DNA from: Chloroflexota bacterium
Lineage (GTDB): Bacteria; Chloroflexota; Dehalococcoidia; SM23-28-2; RBG-16-64-32
Length of the DNA stretch: 35,924 nt
Reading direction: 5' to 3'
Assembly (NCBI GenBank): GCA_022561095.1
Contig: JADFRV010000003.1
Location: 1-35,924, forward strand
Notes under the pieces: generated by a model
The model's input: only the letters and a program-made list of their open reading frames with translations
What the model was told of the DNA's origin: nothing
The model's database searches: none
Shown: piece after piece, positions 25,682 through 34,497 of the stretch
Position numbering within the stretch: position 1 is the stretch's first letter
Layout of the letters: each line of letters starts with the position of its first letter
Position numbers and translations under genes: made by a program

Positions 25682-26905
25682 ATGAACTTCCGCCTCAGCG
25701 AGCCCCAGGAACGCCTTCGGTCTGAAGTGTGCGAGTTCCTCTCGCAGGAGCTGGGGACGAGCCACACCTCGGAGCCGCGGCCGATGCCGCCCGGCTACCT
25801 GCCCGCGCGCGATTTCGAGCTGAAGCTGGGGGAGCGAGGGTGGCTGGCCCTGAGCTGGCCGGAGGAGTACGGCGGCGGCGGCCGGCCGGTAGCGGAGCAG
25901 TTCATCGTGGAGGAGGAGGTGGCGCTGCACGGCGGCCCCGCAAGCGACGCCATCGCCCGTGTCATCGTCGCCCCCATCCTCATGGCCAAAGGCAGCGAGG
26001 AGCAGAAACGCCGCTACCTCCCGGGCCTGGCCCGCGGCGAGATCACCTTCTGCCTGGGCTATACGGAGCCGGAGTCCGGATCGGACCTGGCGTCGCTCCA
26101 GACGCGGGCCGTGGCCGATGGCGACGACTACGTGATCAACGGCCGCAAGGTGTACACGAGCGGGGCAGAGGAGAGCGATTACTGCTGGCTGGCCGCCCGC
26201 ACCGATCCTGACGCGCCCAAGCACGCCGGTACGTCAGTCCTCATCGTTCCGATGAAGTCCGCCGGCGTGGAGGTACGCCCGTTGCTCAACCTGTTGGACG
26301 AAGAGTGGTTCAACGAGGTGATCTTCGAGGACGTGAGGGTGCCGCGCGGCGAGCTGGTGGGTGGGGAGAACAAGGGCTGGGAGGTGCTCACCTCAGCGCT
26401 GGGGGTGGAGCGGATCACGATCTACCGCGCCTTTGTGCACATGCGAATGCTGTGGGCTCTGGTGCGACAGGCCAGGGAGGAGCGCGGCGGCCGGCGGGCC
26501 CTTCGACAGGCTCTCCGAGCGGGGCATCGGAGTCCGCATAGCGGACAGGGCAGGCCGTGGGACGATCCGGCGGTGCGACAACGTCTGGGGGAGCTGGCGG
26601 CGGAGTTCGAGGTGGCGCGGCTGCTGCTCTGGCGGGCGATCGGTCTGCACGAGCGGGGCGAGGAGTTCCGCGCGCAAGCGGCTATGGTGAAGCTGTTCAA
26701 TACAGAGCTGGCGCAGCGGCTGTACACGGCGGGGATGGGGATGCTGGGCTCGTACGCCACCGTCCTGGGCGGCGAGAGGGCGCTGTGGCAGGGCGCCCTG
26801 CCCCACGCCTACCTATCGGCGGTGCAGGACACGATCGGCGCCGGCACCTCCGAGGTGCAGCGGGAGATCATCGCCCTACGCGGGCTGGGCCTGCCGCGGG
26901 GCTAG
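25682..26905 (+). CDS. Acyl-CoA dehydrogenase (FadE-like)
   Basis: WPEEYGGGG, CLGYTEPESGSDLASL, INGRKVYTS, FNEVIFEDV, TIGAGTSEVQR. Confidence 0.93.
   Translation: MNFRLSEPQERLRSEVCEFLSQELGTSHTSEPRPMPPGYLPARDFELKLGERGWLALSWPEEYGGGGRPVAEQFIVEEEVALHGGPASDAIARVIVAPILMAKGSEEQKRRYLPGLARGEITFCLGYTEPESGSDLASLQTRAVADGDDYVINGRKVYTSGAEESDYCWLAARTDPDAPKHAGTSVLIVPMKSAGVEVRPLLNLLDEEWFNEVIFEDVRVPRGELVGGENKGWEVLTSALGVERITIYRAFVHMRMLWALVRQAREERGGRRALRQALRAGHRSPHSGQGRPWDDPAVRQRLGELAAEFEVARLLLWRAIGLHERGEEFRAQAAMVKLFNTELAQRLYTAGMGMLGSYATVLGGERALWQGALPHAYLSAVQDTIGAGTSEVQREIIALRGLGLPRG
26499..26555 (+). repeat. In-frame nested REP-like insertion inside the acyl-CoA dehydrogenase
   Basis: CCCTTCGACAGGCTC + 33-nt double hairpin + AGGGCAGGC = 57 nt. 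Confidence 0.6.
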
Positions 26906-27339
26906 CCTTCGAGCTGGGCCTTCAGGCTCTCCAACGACTCCTCGATCTCGTTCTGGAAGACCCGGTTCATGAACAGGGCGTCAACCACCATGCCCAGCGG
27001 ACCCATGGGCGGCCTGTAGCCGATCGTCCACTCCACACGCGTGCCGTCATCGCTCGGCTCGAACGTCATACGGCCTTCCATCTCCATGCCGCTGGTGGCC
27101 TTGCGGGCGAACACGCGGGGCGGGTCGTACTCCGTCCATAGCGCCTCCACCTCCTGGGCTCGCGGCCCCAGCTTGATGACGCTACGATCAGTGGTACCCT
27201 TGCTCTGGCCATCGCCAGAAGTTATGTCGACTGACTTCATAAACATGATCCAGTCCGGCTGAGTGGAGGCGTTGGTGACGTAGTTGAACACGTTGTCCGG
27301 CGAAGCGTCTATATCGATAGACTTGAGGATGCTGGGCAA
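26902..27339 (-). CDS. SRPBCC family protein
   Basis: IDIDASPDNVFNYV..., C-terminal SLESLKAQLE helix; GGAGGTG RBS plus TTG. Confidence 0.88.
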   Translation of the reverse strand: MPSILKSIDIDASPDNVFNYVTNASTQPDWIMFMKSVDITSGDGQSKGTTDRSVIKLGPRAQEVEALWTEYDPPRVFARKATSGMEMEGRMTFEPSDDGTRVEWTIGYRPPMGPLGMVVDALFMNRVFQNEIEESLESLKAQLEG

Positions 27340-27418
27340 ACGGCACCTCCATCTCTTGAGAGCTATCGTCGCCGAGATTAGTGCTTGAAGCAGGCGCTGT
27401 CAAGGATGGACGACGGTC

Positions 27419-27446
27419 TTGCAGGTTTGGCGCAGCGCGCTATAAT
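27419..27446 (+). promoter_or_regulatory. Promoter of the tRNA-Gly/tRNA-Leu pair
   Basis: TTGCAG-N16-TATAAT, 14 bp before tRNA-Gly. Confidence 0.7.
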
Positions 27447-27460
27447 CTAGTGGCGAGAGA

Positions 27461-27535
<75 letters not shown>

Positions 27536-27556
27536 TCTTTCTGCCTGCGGATTGAA

Positions 27557-27645
27557 GCCGAAGTGGCGGAATTGGTAGACGCGGCAGACTCAAAATCTGC
27601 TGAGGGGCAACCCTCGTGCCGGTTCGAGTCCGGCCTTCGGCACCA
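27557..27645 (+). tRNA. tRNA-Leu(CAA)
   Basis: Acceptor GCCGAAG/CTTCGGC, anticodon arm GCAGA-CTCAAAA-TCTGC, long variable arm GAGGG-GCAA-CCCTC, CCA. Confidence 0.97.
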
Positions 27646-27684
27646 CAATCCGTATCTAAATGCGGCTCCCTGAGCCACAAATGC

Positions 27685-27715
27685 AAAGGCCCTCAGCGAT
27701 TGATTGAGGGCCTTT
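27685..27715. terminator. Intrinsic terminator-like hairpin after the tRNAs
   Basis: AAAGGCCCTCA-N9-TGAGGGCCTTT. Confidence 0.7.
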
Positions 27716-27737
27716 AGACAGCCACCGAGACAGCCAC
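27716..27737 (+). repeat. Double AGACAGCCAC repeat with 12-bp period; putative integrase arm sites (attL side)
   Basis: Same GACAGCCAC motif and period as 6392-6425; 70 bp downstream of the tRNA-Leu CCA. Confidence 0.6.
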
Positions 27738-27809
27738 GCGGGTTACTTGCAACCAGGACAGACTCCTGTGCTGAGTTTATGTCGAGGCCTGCCCTACCAC
27801 GAATCGCTA

Positions 27810-27837
27810 TGTGACACTAAGGGTTGTTAGTGGACAT
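27810..27837. other. dif/Xer-like site 1
   Basis: TGTGACACTAA-GGGTTG-TTAGTGGACAT (11-6-11). Confidence 0.6.
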
Positions 27838-27986
27838 ACTAGCTGGATGGCGAGCGTTGCGATAAGGTCATGTCATTGAAGAAAGTCTGCACTCGATCTC
27901 GGTCGCATCGCCTCGAAATCATCTGGACGACCCGCTTAGCGTGACGCAGTATATTGGTAGGAGGGGGTAGGCAGGAGGGAGCACGC

Positions 27987-30257
27987 GTGTTGAGGCGGGT
28001 GATCGTGGTGGCGGCGGTAGCTGTGCTCTCCTTGGCCACGGGTTTCGTAGCGCTAGCCTATCCCGCGATCTTCAGACAATCTCTTGCTGAGCCGTGGCTA
28101 CAGTTGGACGCCGCTGAAGGCCGCGTAGGGCTCGACTCCCAGATAGTCATCGAGGTGCGCGGTAGCTTCTCCGAAGAGGAGATCCGGGAGTCCCTGGACA
28201 TCCGCCCGCCGCTCCCGATAGGCGAGGACGACCTGACGGTGAAGCGAGTAGCCGTCTTTCCCTGGCACGAAGGATTTCCGTGGGCAAAGACGCGGGTCAC
28301 GATCAACCCAGCGAAGGCTCGTCTGTTCCAGCCCGAGACCAGCTACGCCATTGCTTTGAAGGATCAGCTCCTCACGTTCGACACGATCTCGCTGCCGCGC
28401 GTGGTGGCCGCCCACATCACCCCGGCCGTGGACGACGTTTCGGGCAGCGTGCCAACCTCCAGCTCAATCGTCCTGCGGTTCAACGAGGAGCTCATCTGGC
28501 AGGACGAGTGGCTGAGCGTTGACCCGCCCGCGGACGTCACGACGACGACGAGAAAGACCGAAGCGGGGGGCACGGAAGTCGTTGTTATGGCCGTCGACCG
28601 GTGGGAGAACTCTACGACCTACACCGTCACGGTTCCCGAGGGGGTAATCGACGTTCACGGTCATGAGGGGGAGGAGCCGTTCTCGCTGAACTTCAATACC
28701 GGGCCCCGGCCCGTGGTCGTCGGGGCGACGCCGACCGGAAACCATCTCTCCCCGGAGAGCGCCGTGAGGGTTGAGTTCGATAGGGCGATGAACCGCCAGA
28801 GCGTCGAGGAGAGCTTACTGCTTCAGCCGGGCGCCACCGGAATCTTCGAGTGGGAGAGCGATCTGGCGTTCAAGTGGAGGCCGGCGGCGCTGGAGTACTC
28901 GACGGCGTATACGGTCTCGCTGGGTGGCACCTCTATCGACGGCGACCCTCTCGTTCCGCACAAGTGGTCCTTCTCCACCCACGACCCGCCGATCCAGCTG
29001 GCGATCGAAGGCGAAGAGACGAGTCCAGCGACACTCGGCGCCGCCGTGTCCGGAGGCACAGGCGATTACTCGTTCGAGTGGAGCTCCGGCGAAACGAGCC
29101 GGGAGATCCGGGTGGACCTGTGGTTCGAGGAGGTGCGGACGTACGCCGTGTCCGTTACCAGCGGTGACCGGAGCGCCTCCGCGGAGTTCGTGGTCAGCGG
29201 CCCGCCGTCCCCTTGTCCGGAGGAGTGGCGGATCATCAACGAGGAGGTCTGCTACAACGAGGAGGTGCTCCCCGGGCCTGTGCAGGTGTTCACCGCGCGG
29301 GTGGACCTTCGCGACCCGGACGTGGGGCTGAGCTCGCTGCCTGCGGGGGACTTCCTGGGCCAGGCCCGCACGGTGAGCGAGTCCTCCCAGCCCAGGGATG
29401 CCGTGGTCGCCGTCAACGGCGACTTCTTTAACATCAGCGGCCCCGAACATTTCACTTTGGGACCGATGATCTCCGGGAGCAGCTTCGTCCGCGCTCCCCA
29501 ATCCGGCGGGGTGGTCCTGGCCCTCGATGGAGCACTCAACTCGTGGGTTGGGCCAGCGAAGACGCTGGAGGTTTACGTGCAACCCCCCGACGGCGACCCT
29601 CACCGTCTGAACTCGGTCAACACCGCCCCCGGCGAGGATCAGCTGGTGCTGTTCAACGCCTACCGGGCTAGCCAGCTCGCAGTCGCGGCGGACGCCTGCT
29701 ACGCGACGTTCGCCCCGGCTGACGATGGCGCGAGCGGCGCCTACGCCTTCTCCTGCGGCGCGACCACAGAGGTCCGGTTACAAGTGGGCGAGTTCGTGCT
29801 GGTGGGACGCGGAGCCGCCGCTGACTGGCTGCGCCAGTACGTCGATCAGCCGCTTGGCTTCGTTATCTCGTTCGCGCTGCCGGACGTCGAGTTCCTGGTG
29901 GGCGGCTCCCACGTTCTCATCAGCAACGGCGAACCAACGGAGCCGATCGAGGGTAAGAGGCACCCACGGACCGCCATCGGCGTCGACGCCGAGAGGTACC
30001 TGTACCTCGTCGTCGTGGACGGACGGAGCGACGATTCTATAGGGATGACGCTGGCGGAGCTCCAGGGGTACCTGGCCGGGTTCGATCTCGTGAGCGCGAT
30101 CAACCTGGACGGGGGAGGGAGCAGCACTCTCGTGCTGGAGGGAGCGGTGATGAACACCCCGTCCGATGGGAAAGAGCGGACTGTAGCCTCGGTCGTGGTG
30201 GTTCAGCTCGCCCAGTCCCCGGAGGCCTGCTGGCACCGGTTCATCCGGTGCAACTAG
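27987..30257 (+). CDS. Exported phosphodiester glycosidase (NAGPA-family) with Ig-like (Big_5) domains
   Basis: N-terminal signal/TM segment; Ig-like repeats (IVLRFNEE, VRVEFDRAMN, YTV); AVNGDFF, HPRTAIG, VVVDGRS, NLDGGGSST; AGGAGG RBS plus GTG at 27987. Confidence 0.88.
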   Translation: MLRRVIVVAAVAVLSLATGFVALAYPAIFRQSLAEPWLQLDAAEGRVGLDSQIVIEVRGSFSEEEIRESLDIRPPLPIGEDDLTVKRVAVFPWHEGFPWAKTRVTINPAKARLFQPETSYAIALKDQLLTFDTISLPRVVAAHITPAVDDVSGSVPTSSSIVLRFNEELIWQDEWLSVDPPADVTTTTRKTEAGGTEVVVMAVDRWENSTTYTVTVPEGVIDVHGHEGEEPFSLNFNTGPRPVVVGATPTGNHLSPESAVRVEFDRAMNRQSVEESLLLQPGATGIFEWESDLAFKWRPAALEYSTAYTVSLGGTSIDGDPLVPHKWSFSTHDPPIQLAIEGEETSPATLGAAVSGGTGDYSFEWSSGETSREIRVDLWFEEVRTYAVSVTSGDRSASAEFVVSGPPSPCPEEWRIINEEVCYNEEVLPGPVQVFTARVDLRDPDVGLSSLPAGDFLGQARTVSESSQPRDAVVAVNGDFFNISGPEHFTLGPMISGSSFVRAPQSGGVVLALDGALNSWVGPAKTLEVYVQPPDGDPHRLNSVNTAPGEDQLVLFNAYRASQLAVAADACYATFAPADDGASGAYAFSCGATTEVRLQVGEFVLVGRGAAADWLRQYVDQPLGFVISFALPDVEFLVGGSHVLISNGEPTEPIEGKRHPRTAIGVDAERYLYLVVVDGRSDDSIGMTLAELQGYLAGFDLVSAINLDGGGSSTLVLEGAVMNTPSDGKERTVASVVVVQLAQSPEACWHRFIRCN

Positions 30258-30277
30258 GCGCCCCCAGCTCCACGGCG

Positions 30278-30305
30278 ACCCACACTAAGGCAGATTAGTG
30301 GCGGC
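30278..30305. other. dif/Xer-like site 2
   Basis: ACCCACACTAA-GGCAGA-TTAGTGGCGGC, between two convergent stop codons. Confidence 0.6.
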
Positions 30306-31100
30306 CTACACCTTCTCAGCCAGGATTTGCGCCGCTGTCAGCTCTTCCTCTTCGTGGGCTCTAATTGTCCAGCTGATGGTTTCCGAAAACAGTTCGTACG
30401 GCTCTTCACCGAACTCCCCAATGAACTCGTCCGCCGCCTCTTTCAATCTCGCCAGGCCGGCCCGCCAACTCTCCAGAACGCGCTGCCTTCGATCCTCTTT
30501 ATGGATGACTCGAAAGCCAGTCCGGTCGAACGCCAAGCAACAGTCGTCCACTGTGCGTATCCCGGGATCGAACCATTTGTCTTTGACCGCTTCCTCGGTT
30601 TGCTTTGTAGTCTTTGGGGTTAGAAAGGCGTCGTACATCACGATCTTGCCCCCTGGTTTCAATGCCTCGTGGATCGTCCTGAACAGATCGGGCCAATCCG
30701 CCACATGTACCCAAGCGAAGACATCTATCGCCGCATCGAACGCTTCTCGTGGATAGGCGTAGGTGACGGCGTCGCCTTCTATGTAGGCGATCAAGGACTG
30801 AAAGCCCTCGTGCGCGGCTTTGGACTTCGCGACATCCAGCTGGTAAGGCACCACATCGATACCGAGAACTTCGCAGCGGAATTCCCGCGTAAGCAGCCGA
30901 CTCACTCCTCCGCTGCCAGAACATGGCTCAAGAATTCGCTGCTCCTTTGAGATTCCTGCAGAGCGCGCTAATTCAATGACTTCGTCATCACGAACCGGGC
31001 TGTCGGTTGTGCCCAAAGCGAAGATTTCGAACGCCCGGCGAAAAGCGGGGCCATAGATTAAGGTGAGGCGCGTTCGCCTCTCTTCAGTCTCAGACAGCAT
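30306..31100 (-). CDS. Class I SAM-dependent methyltransferase (sarcosine/tocopherol/sterol MT-like)
   Basis: ILEPCSGSGG, LGIDV, EGDA, FDAAI, LKPGG. Confidence 0.85.
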   Translation of the reverse strand: MLSETEERRTRLTLIYGPAFRRAFEIFALGTTDSPVRDDEVIELARSAGISKEQRILEPCSGSGGVSRLLTREFRCEVLGIDVVPYQLDVAKSKAAHEGFQSLIAYIEGDAVTYAYPREAFDAAIDVFAWVHVADWPDLFRTIHEALKPGGKIVMYDAFLTPKTTKQTEEAVKDKWFDPGIRTVDDCCLAFDRTGFRVIHKEDRRQRVLESWRAGLARLKEAADEFIGEFGEEPYELFSETISWTIRAHEEEELTAAQILAEKV

Positions 31101-31564
31101 GGGGCAAGCCGCGGTTCGAGGGTTCAGCTGTGACGCTGCTTCGATGATAGCACCCTCGGCTGATTAATTCGTATTCGGCCTGCGCCCTTGCCAGATACGG
31201 AGAGCGCGTCCTTCAGGGATCGGCCGCCCAGCTTTCTACAAAGAGCTTGGCGATGGCATCCCCCTGCGGTAAGATCAGACTCCGAAGGGAACCATATATG
31301 ATCCGCCGCATCGCCGCAGTACTCTTGTCATCCCACTCATCGCGCTCACCGCGCTCCTCATCTCGCGCCAGGGCGAGAGGCCGGCCCATCTCCGTTGGTC
31401 GTCGACAGCAACAGCGGCGGCGGTCCCCGTTCCCGACCATGAACATCGTCCGGTCCAGAAAGCGGCAGTTCAGCGAGTCGAGCGGCTCGGGTGAGCGAAC
31501 GTCGATACGAACCAGCTCCGCGGGCGCCACGGTCCCCTGAGGCCATAACGTAAAGGAGAAGGAA

Positions 31565-32737
31565 ATGCGTTCGGAAGCAGACACATCGCTGATCGACGCA
31601 GCGCGAGAAATCGCTCCAATCATCCAGAAACACACTGGGGAAGCAGAGCGGGAACGACGCCTGTCCCGACCAGTCTTAAATGCATTGCGCGAGAAGGGTC
31701 TCTTGCGAATGTTTACTCCCCGGTCTCTAGGGGGGTTGGAGACAGACCCCATAACTCGCGCACTCGTCGTCGAAGAAATTAGTCGTCACGACTCTGCGGC
31801 CGGCTGGACCCTGGAGAACCCTTTGGATTGGGCTTTTTTTTGTGCGCGTCTCCCCAACGAGGGAGCAGAGGAGATCTATAGCCGTGGCGCGGACATTTTG
31901 ATCGCCGCCCAATTTGGCCGCCCACTAAACGCAACTTCGACCGAAGGCGGATACCGTATCTCAGGTCGAGCGCCGTTCGTCAGCAATTGCTATGACGCCG
32001 ATTGGATCTCATCGACAGCCTTGGTGGATGTTGACCAACATTCCGAAGGCGAGCCGGTGACGGTGATGGTCTATTTTCCCAGAGAAGACTGCGAGATCAT
32101 AGACACCTGGGACGTTATGGGGATGCGAGGCACGGGCAGCAATGACATATCGGTGACCGACGTTTATGTACCCAAGTCTAGGACTTTTCCGATGGTGCCC
32201 GAATTCGAGCCGGGGTCCCACTATCAGGGTCCACTTTATCGACTCCCGTTTGTGGGCGCTGCTGCGACAGGCATACCGACGCCAATGCTGGGGGTTGCGC
32301 GAAGAGCGGTTGATGAGGTGACCGATCTCGCCCTAACCAAGACTCCGGTGGCATCAAGCGGCCCTTTAAAAGAACGCTCGTCGGCACAAGTCCAGTTGGG
32401 AAAAGCGGAAGCGGTCTTGCGTTCAGGCCGCTCATTGCTTCTCGACACTGTGAGTGAAGCGTGGCAAAGAAGCGTTGACGGTGGGACCCACTCGCTGAAG
32501 CAAAAAGCGGACATATTGCTTGCAATGACCCACGCGATGAGCAGCGCGGTACAGGCAGTGGAGCTCGCTTGTAGCATTGCGGGAACGACTGCATTTAGAG
32601 CCACCAGCCCGTTGGAACGCTGCTTTCGGGACGTCCAGACAATGAAACATCATGTCTTCGCCTCCGAGGCTCGGTATGGGACCTTCGGGCAAGTGTATCT
32701 TGGAGTTCCACCGGACTTTCCGGTGGTTGCCTTTTAG
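31565..32737 (+). CDS. Flavin-dependent monooxygenase of the acyl-CoA dehydrogenase fold (HsaA/Acyl-CoA_dh_2-like)
   Basis: AERERRLS, PRSLGG, DTWDVMGMRGTGSND, SPLERCFRDVQTMKHH; AAGGAGAAGGA RBS. Confidence 0.88.
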   Translation: MRSEADTSLIDAAREIAPIIQKHTGEAERERRLSRPVLNALREKGLLRMFTPRSLGGLETDPITRALVVEEISRHDSAAGWTLENPLDWAFFCARLPNEGAEEIYSRGADILIAAQFGRPLNATSTEGGYRISGRAPFVSNCYDADWISSTALVDVDQHSEGEPVTVMVYFPREDCEIIDTWDVMGMRGTGSNDISVTDVYVPKSRTFPMVPEFEPGSHYQGPLYRLPFVGAAATGIPTPMLGVARRAVDEVTDLALTKTPVASSGPLKERSSAQVQLGKAEAVLRSGRSLLLDTVSEAWQRSVDGGTHSLKQKADILLAMTHAMSSAVQAVELACSIAGTTAFRATSPLERCFRDVQTMKHHVFASEARYGTFGQVYLGVPPDFPVVAF

Positions 32738-32907
32738 CCCCGAACGTCCCCGCGGTTACGGAGATATTCAAGAACAATTCGTACACTTAACCCTTTCGCC
32801 GCAACCTCCAGATCTTGCTTCAGCCGCTGGCCGCCCCGTCCCGCTTGTGTTTAGCCCAGGGGGGAGAGAAGCGACTCGAACCCATGACCCTCTCTTGACG
32901 TTACCGA

Positions 32908-32935
32908 CTGCACACTAAGTTCCCTTAGTGCAGCC
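32908..32935. other. dif/Xer-like site 3
   Basis: CTGCACACTAA-GTTCCC-TTAGTGCAGCC. Confidence 0.6.
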
Positions 32936-33058
32936 AGCAGCGTGTGCCACGGCCAGTCCTCCCGACGACGAACGGCTAGTACCGGGCCGCTTCTGGCTCG
33001 CAGAGACGGTACAGCACTGTAACGTGGTGGGCGCGTTAGCTGTTATTAGCTTGGATAT

Positions 33059-33346
33059 ATGGGGCCTCTAGGACTAGCCCTCACTTTAGCCCTCATATTC
33101 CTGGCTCTCGCGGTGGCTGCCGCTTGGGGCGCTCGATACGTCCAACGTTCTCTGCAACGATGGCGGCGTCAAGAGCCGCCGCCGACTTTCGGCGGCCTTC
33201 AGCAGGAGCCGGTAGAGCCAGCGCTTGCTGAGAGCGTCCAGCAATTTCGCCGGCCCCACCTCGTGCAAACCATTAGCCTCGCAGTTGCCACGGCGCTGAT
33301 AGTCGTGTCCCTAGTCGCTCTCTTCCTCGGGCGAAGCGGCCGATAA
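33059..33346 (+). CDS. Small membrane protein with two TM helices
   Basis: 95-aa ORF with N- and C-terminal hydrophobic helices. Confidence 0.55.
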   Translation: MGPLGLALTLALIFLALAVAAAWGARYVQRSLQRWRRQEPPPTFGGLQQEPVEPALAESVQQFRRPHLVQTISLAVATALIVVSLVALFLGRSGR

Positions 33347-33405
33347 TCATGACCTCAACGTTGAACGGGCTCATCATTGCGCCATGCACGCTTGCACCCC
33401 AATGG

Positions 33406-34428
33406 CTATTGGCCATGTCCCACTCCCGCAATCACCTCCGCGAGCTTCTGGGCCGTGGTGCTCACATCGTATTTGCTGGCGTTCTGCCGGCAGCGCTGGG
33501 CCACTTCGGCTCGGAACTCTGGCTCCTGGATTAGTCTGTCCACCGCCGAAGCGATCTGACCATGGGGCACGAGGACCGCTCCGCTGTGAATTCCGGGATA
33601 GGCTACGGTGTTGGGGACGACGCAGGCGACGCCGGCGTAGGCCTTCTCCAGCATGGCGATGCCGAAGGTCTCGTGGTACGAACAGGAGAAGGCGATATCT
33701 ATCCCGGAGATGAAGCGCCAGTAGTCGACCTGGGTCTCAAACCGGGGTATGAACTGTACGTTGCCCAGCCGGTTGAGCCTGGTCGCGGCGTCTGCGTAGT
33801 AGTCTTTGAGGCTCTGAGGGACCCAGAACGGCTCATCCCAGTCCTCTTTCCGGCCGATGATGAACTTCACGTCCCTATGCTTGGCCGCCAGGCTCTCGAT
33901 GACGTCCAACGCTCCCTGGAGGTTCTTGTCGGTGCGCCAGCGGTGCTGCCACAAGACCGTCAGGCCGGAGCGCCGGGCCCTGTTCTCGCGCCGGCAGCGG
34001 TCTATGCCCTCGAGGTCGATGCCGAGGAAGCAGACCTGGAACTGGTAGCCATCGATGCGCTCCTCCAAGAGACGTTTGGTAAATACGCTCTGCGCAAGAT
34101 GTCTCTTGAAATAGGGCATGAGAATGGCTACGGACTCCAGGAAGCCGTCTTCATGCGCGTTCTTCCCCCGGTCCCAGCCCGTGATGTAGTCCGGATAGAG
34201 GGCCCACAGGACGGTTGGCGTGCGGAGGACGTCTTCTTTATGGAGCGCGAGTGCGTCCACGCGCCGGTGAGGGCCGTATACCACCACGTCAGGGGAGAAC
34301 TCCTCTAGCTCGCGGTACAAGGGGGGATCCAACCAGTTGCCGGCAACTTCAAGGCCTTTTTCGCATAGGATCTCGCTTCCCCGATTGGGGAAGATCCAGG
34401 ACTCGATGTTGGCCAGATAGAGTCTCAT
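33406..34428 (-). CDS. GT-B glycosyltransferase (Glycos_transf_1; DUF3524/GTDC1-like)
   Basis: VLWQHRWRTDKN and HETFGIAMLE motifs; GAGGTGG RBS. Confidence 0.82.
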   Translation of the reverse strand: MRLYLANIESWIFPNRGSEILCEKGLEVAGNWLDPPLYRELEEFSPDVVVYGPHRRVDALALHKEDVLRTPTVLWALYPDYITGWDRGKNAHEDGFLESVAILMPYFKRHLAQSVFTKRLLEERIDGYQFQVCFLGIDLEGIDRCRRENRARRSGLTVLWQHRWRTDKNLQGALDVIESLAAKHRDVKFIIGRKEDWDEPFWVPQSLKDYYADAATRLNRLGNVQFIPRFETQVDYWRFISGIDIAFSCSYHETFGIAMLEKAYAGVACVVPNTVAYPGIHSGAVLVPHGQIASAVDRLIQEPEFRAEVAQRCRQNASKYDVSTTAQKLAEVIAGVGHGQ

Positions 34429-34497
34429 GCCACCTCATCGGCGAGAGTCAAGAAACCTGTGGCCCGGCGGGATCTAGAGGGAGATGGGCTGGGCGGA

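Noticed and set aside
31213-31540. ORFs between the methyltransferase and the monooxygenase
   Set aside because: No RBS or recognisable motif, and the longer ORF overlaps the monooxygenase. Possibly a decayed gene, but I cannot assign it.
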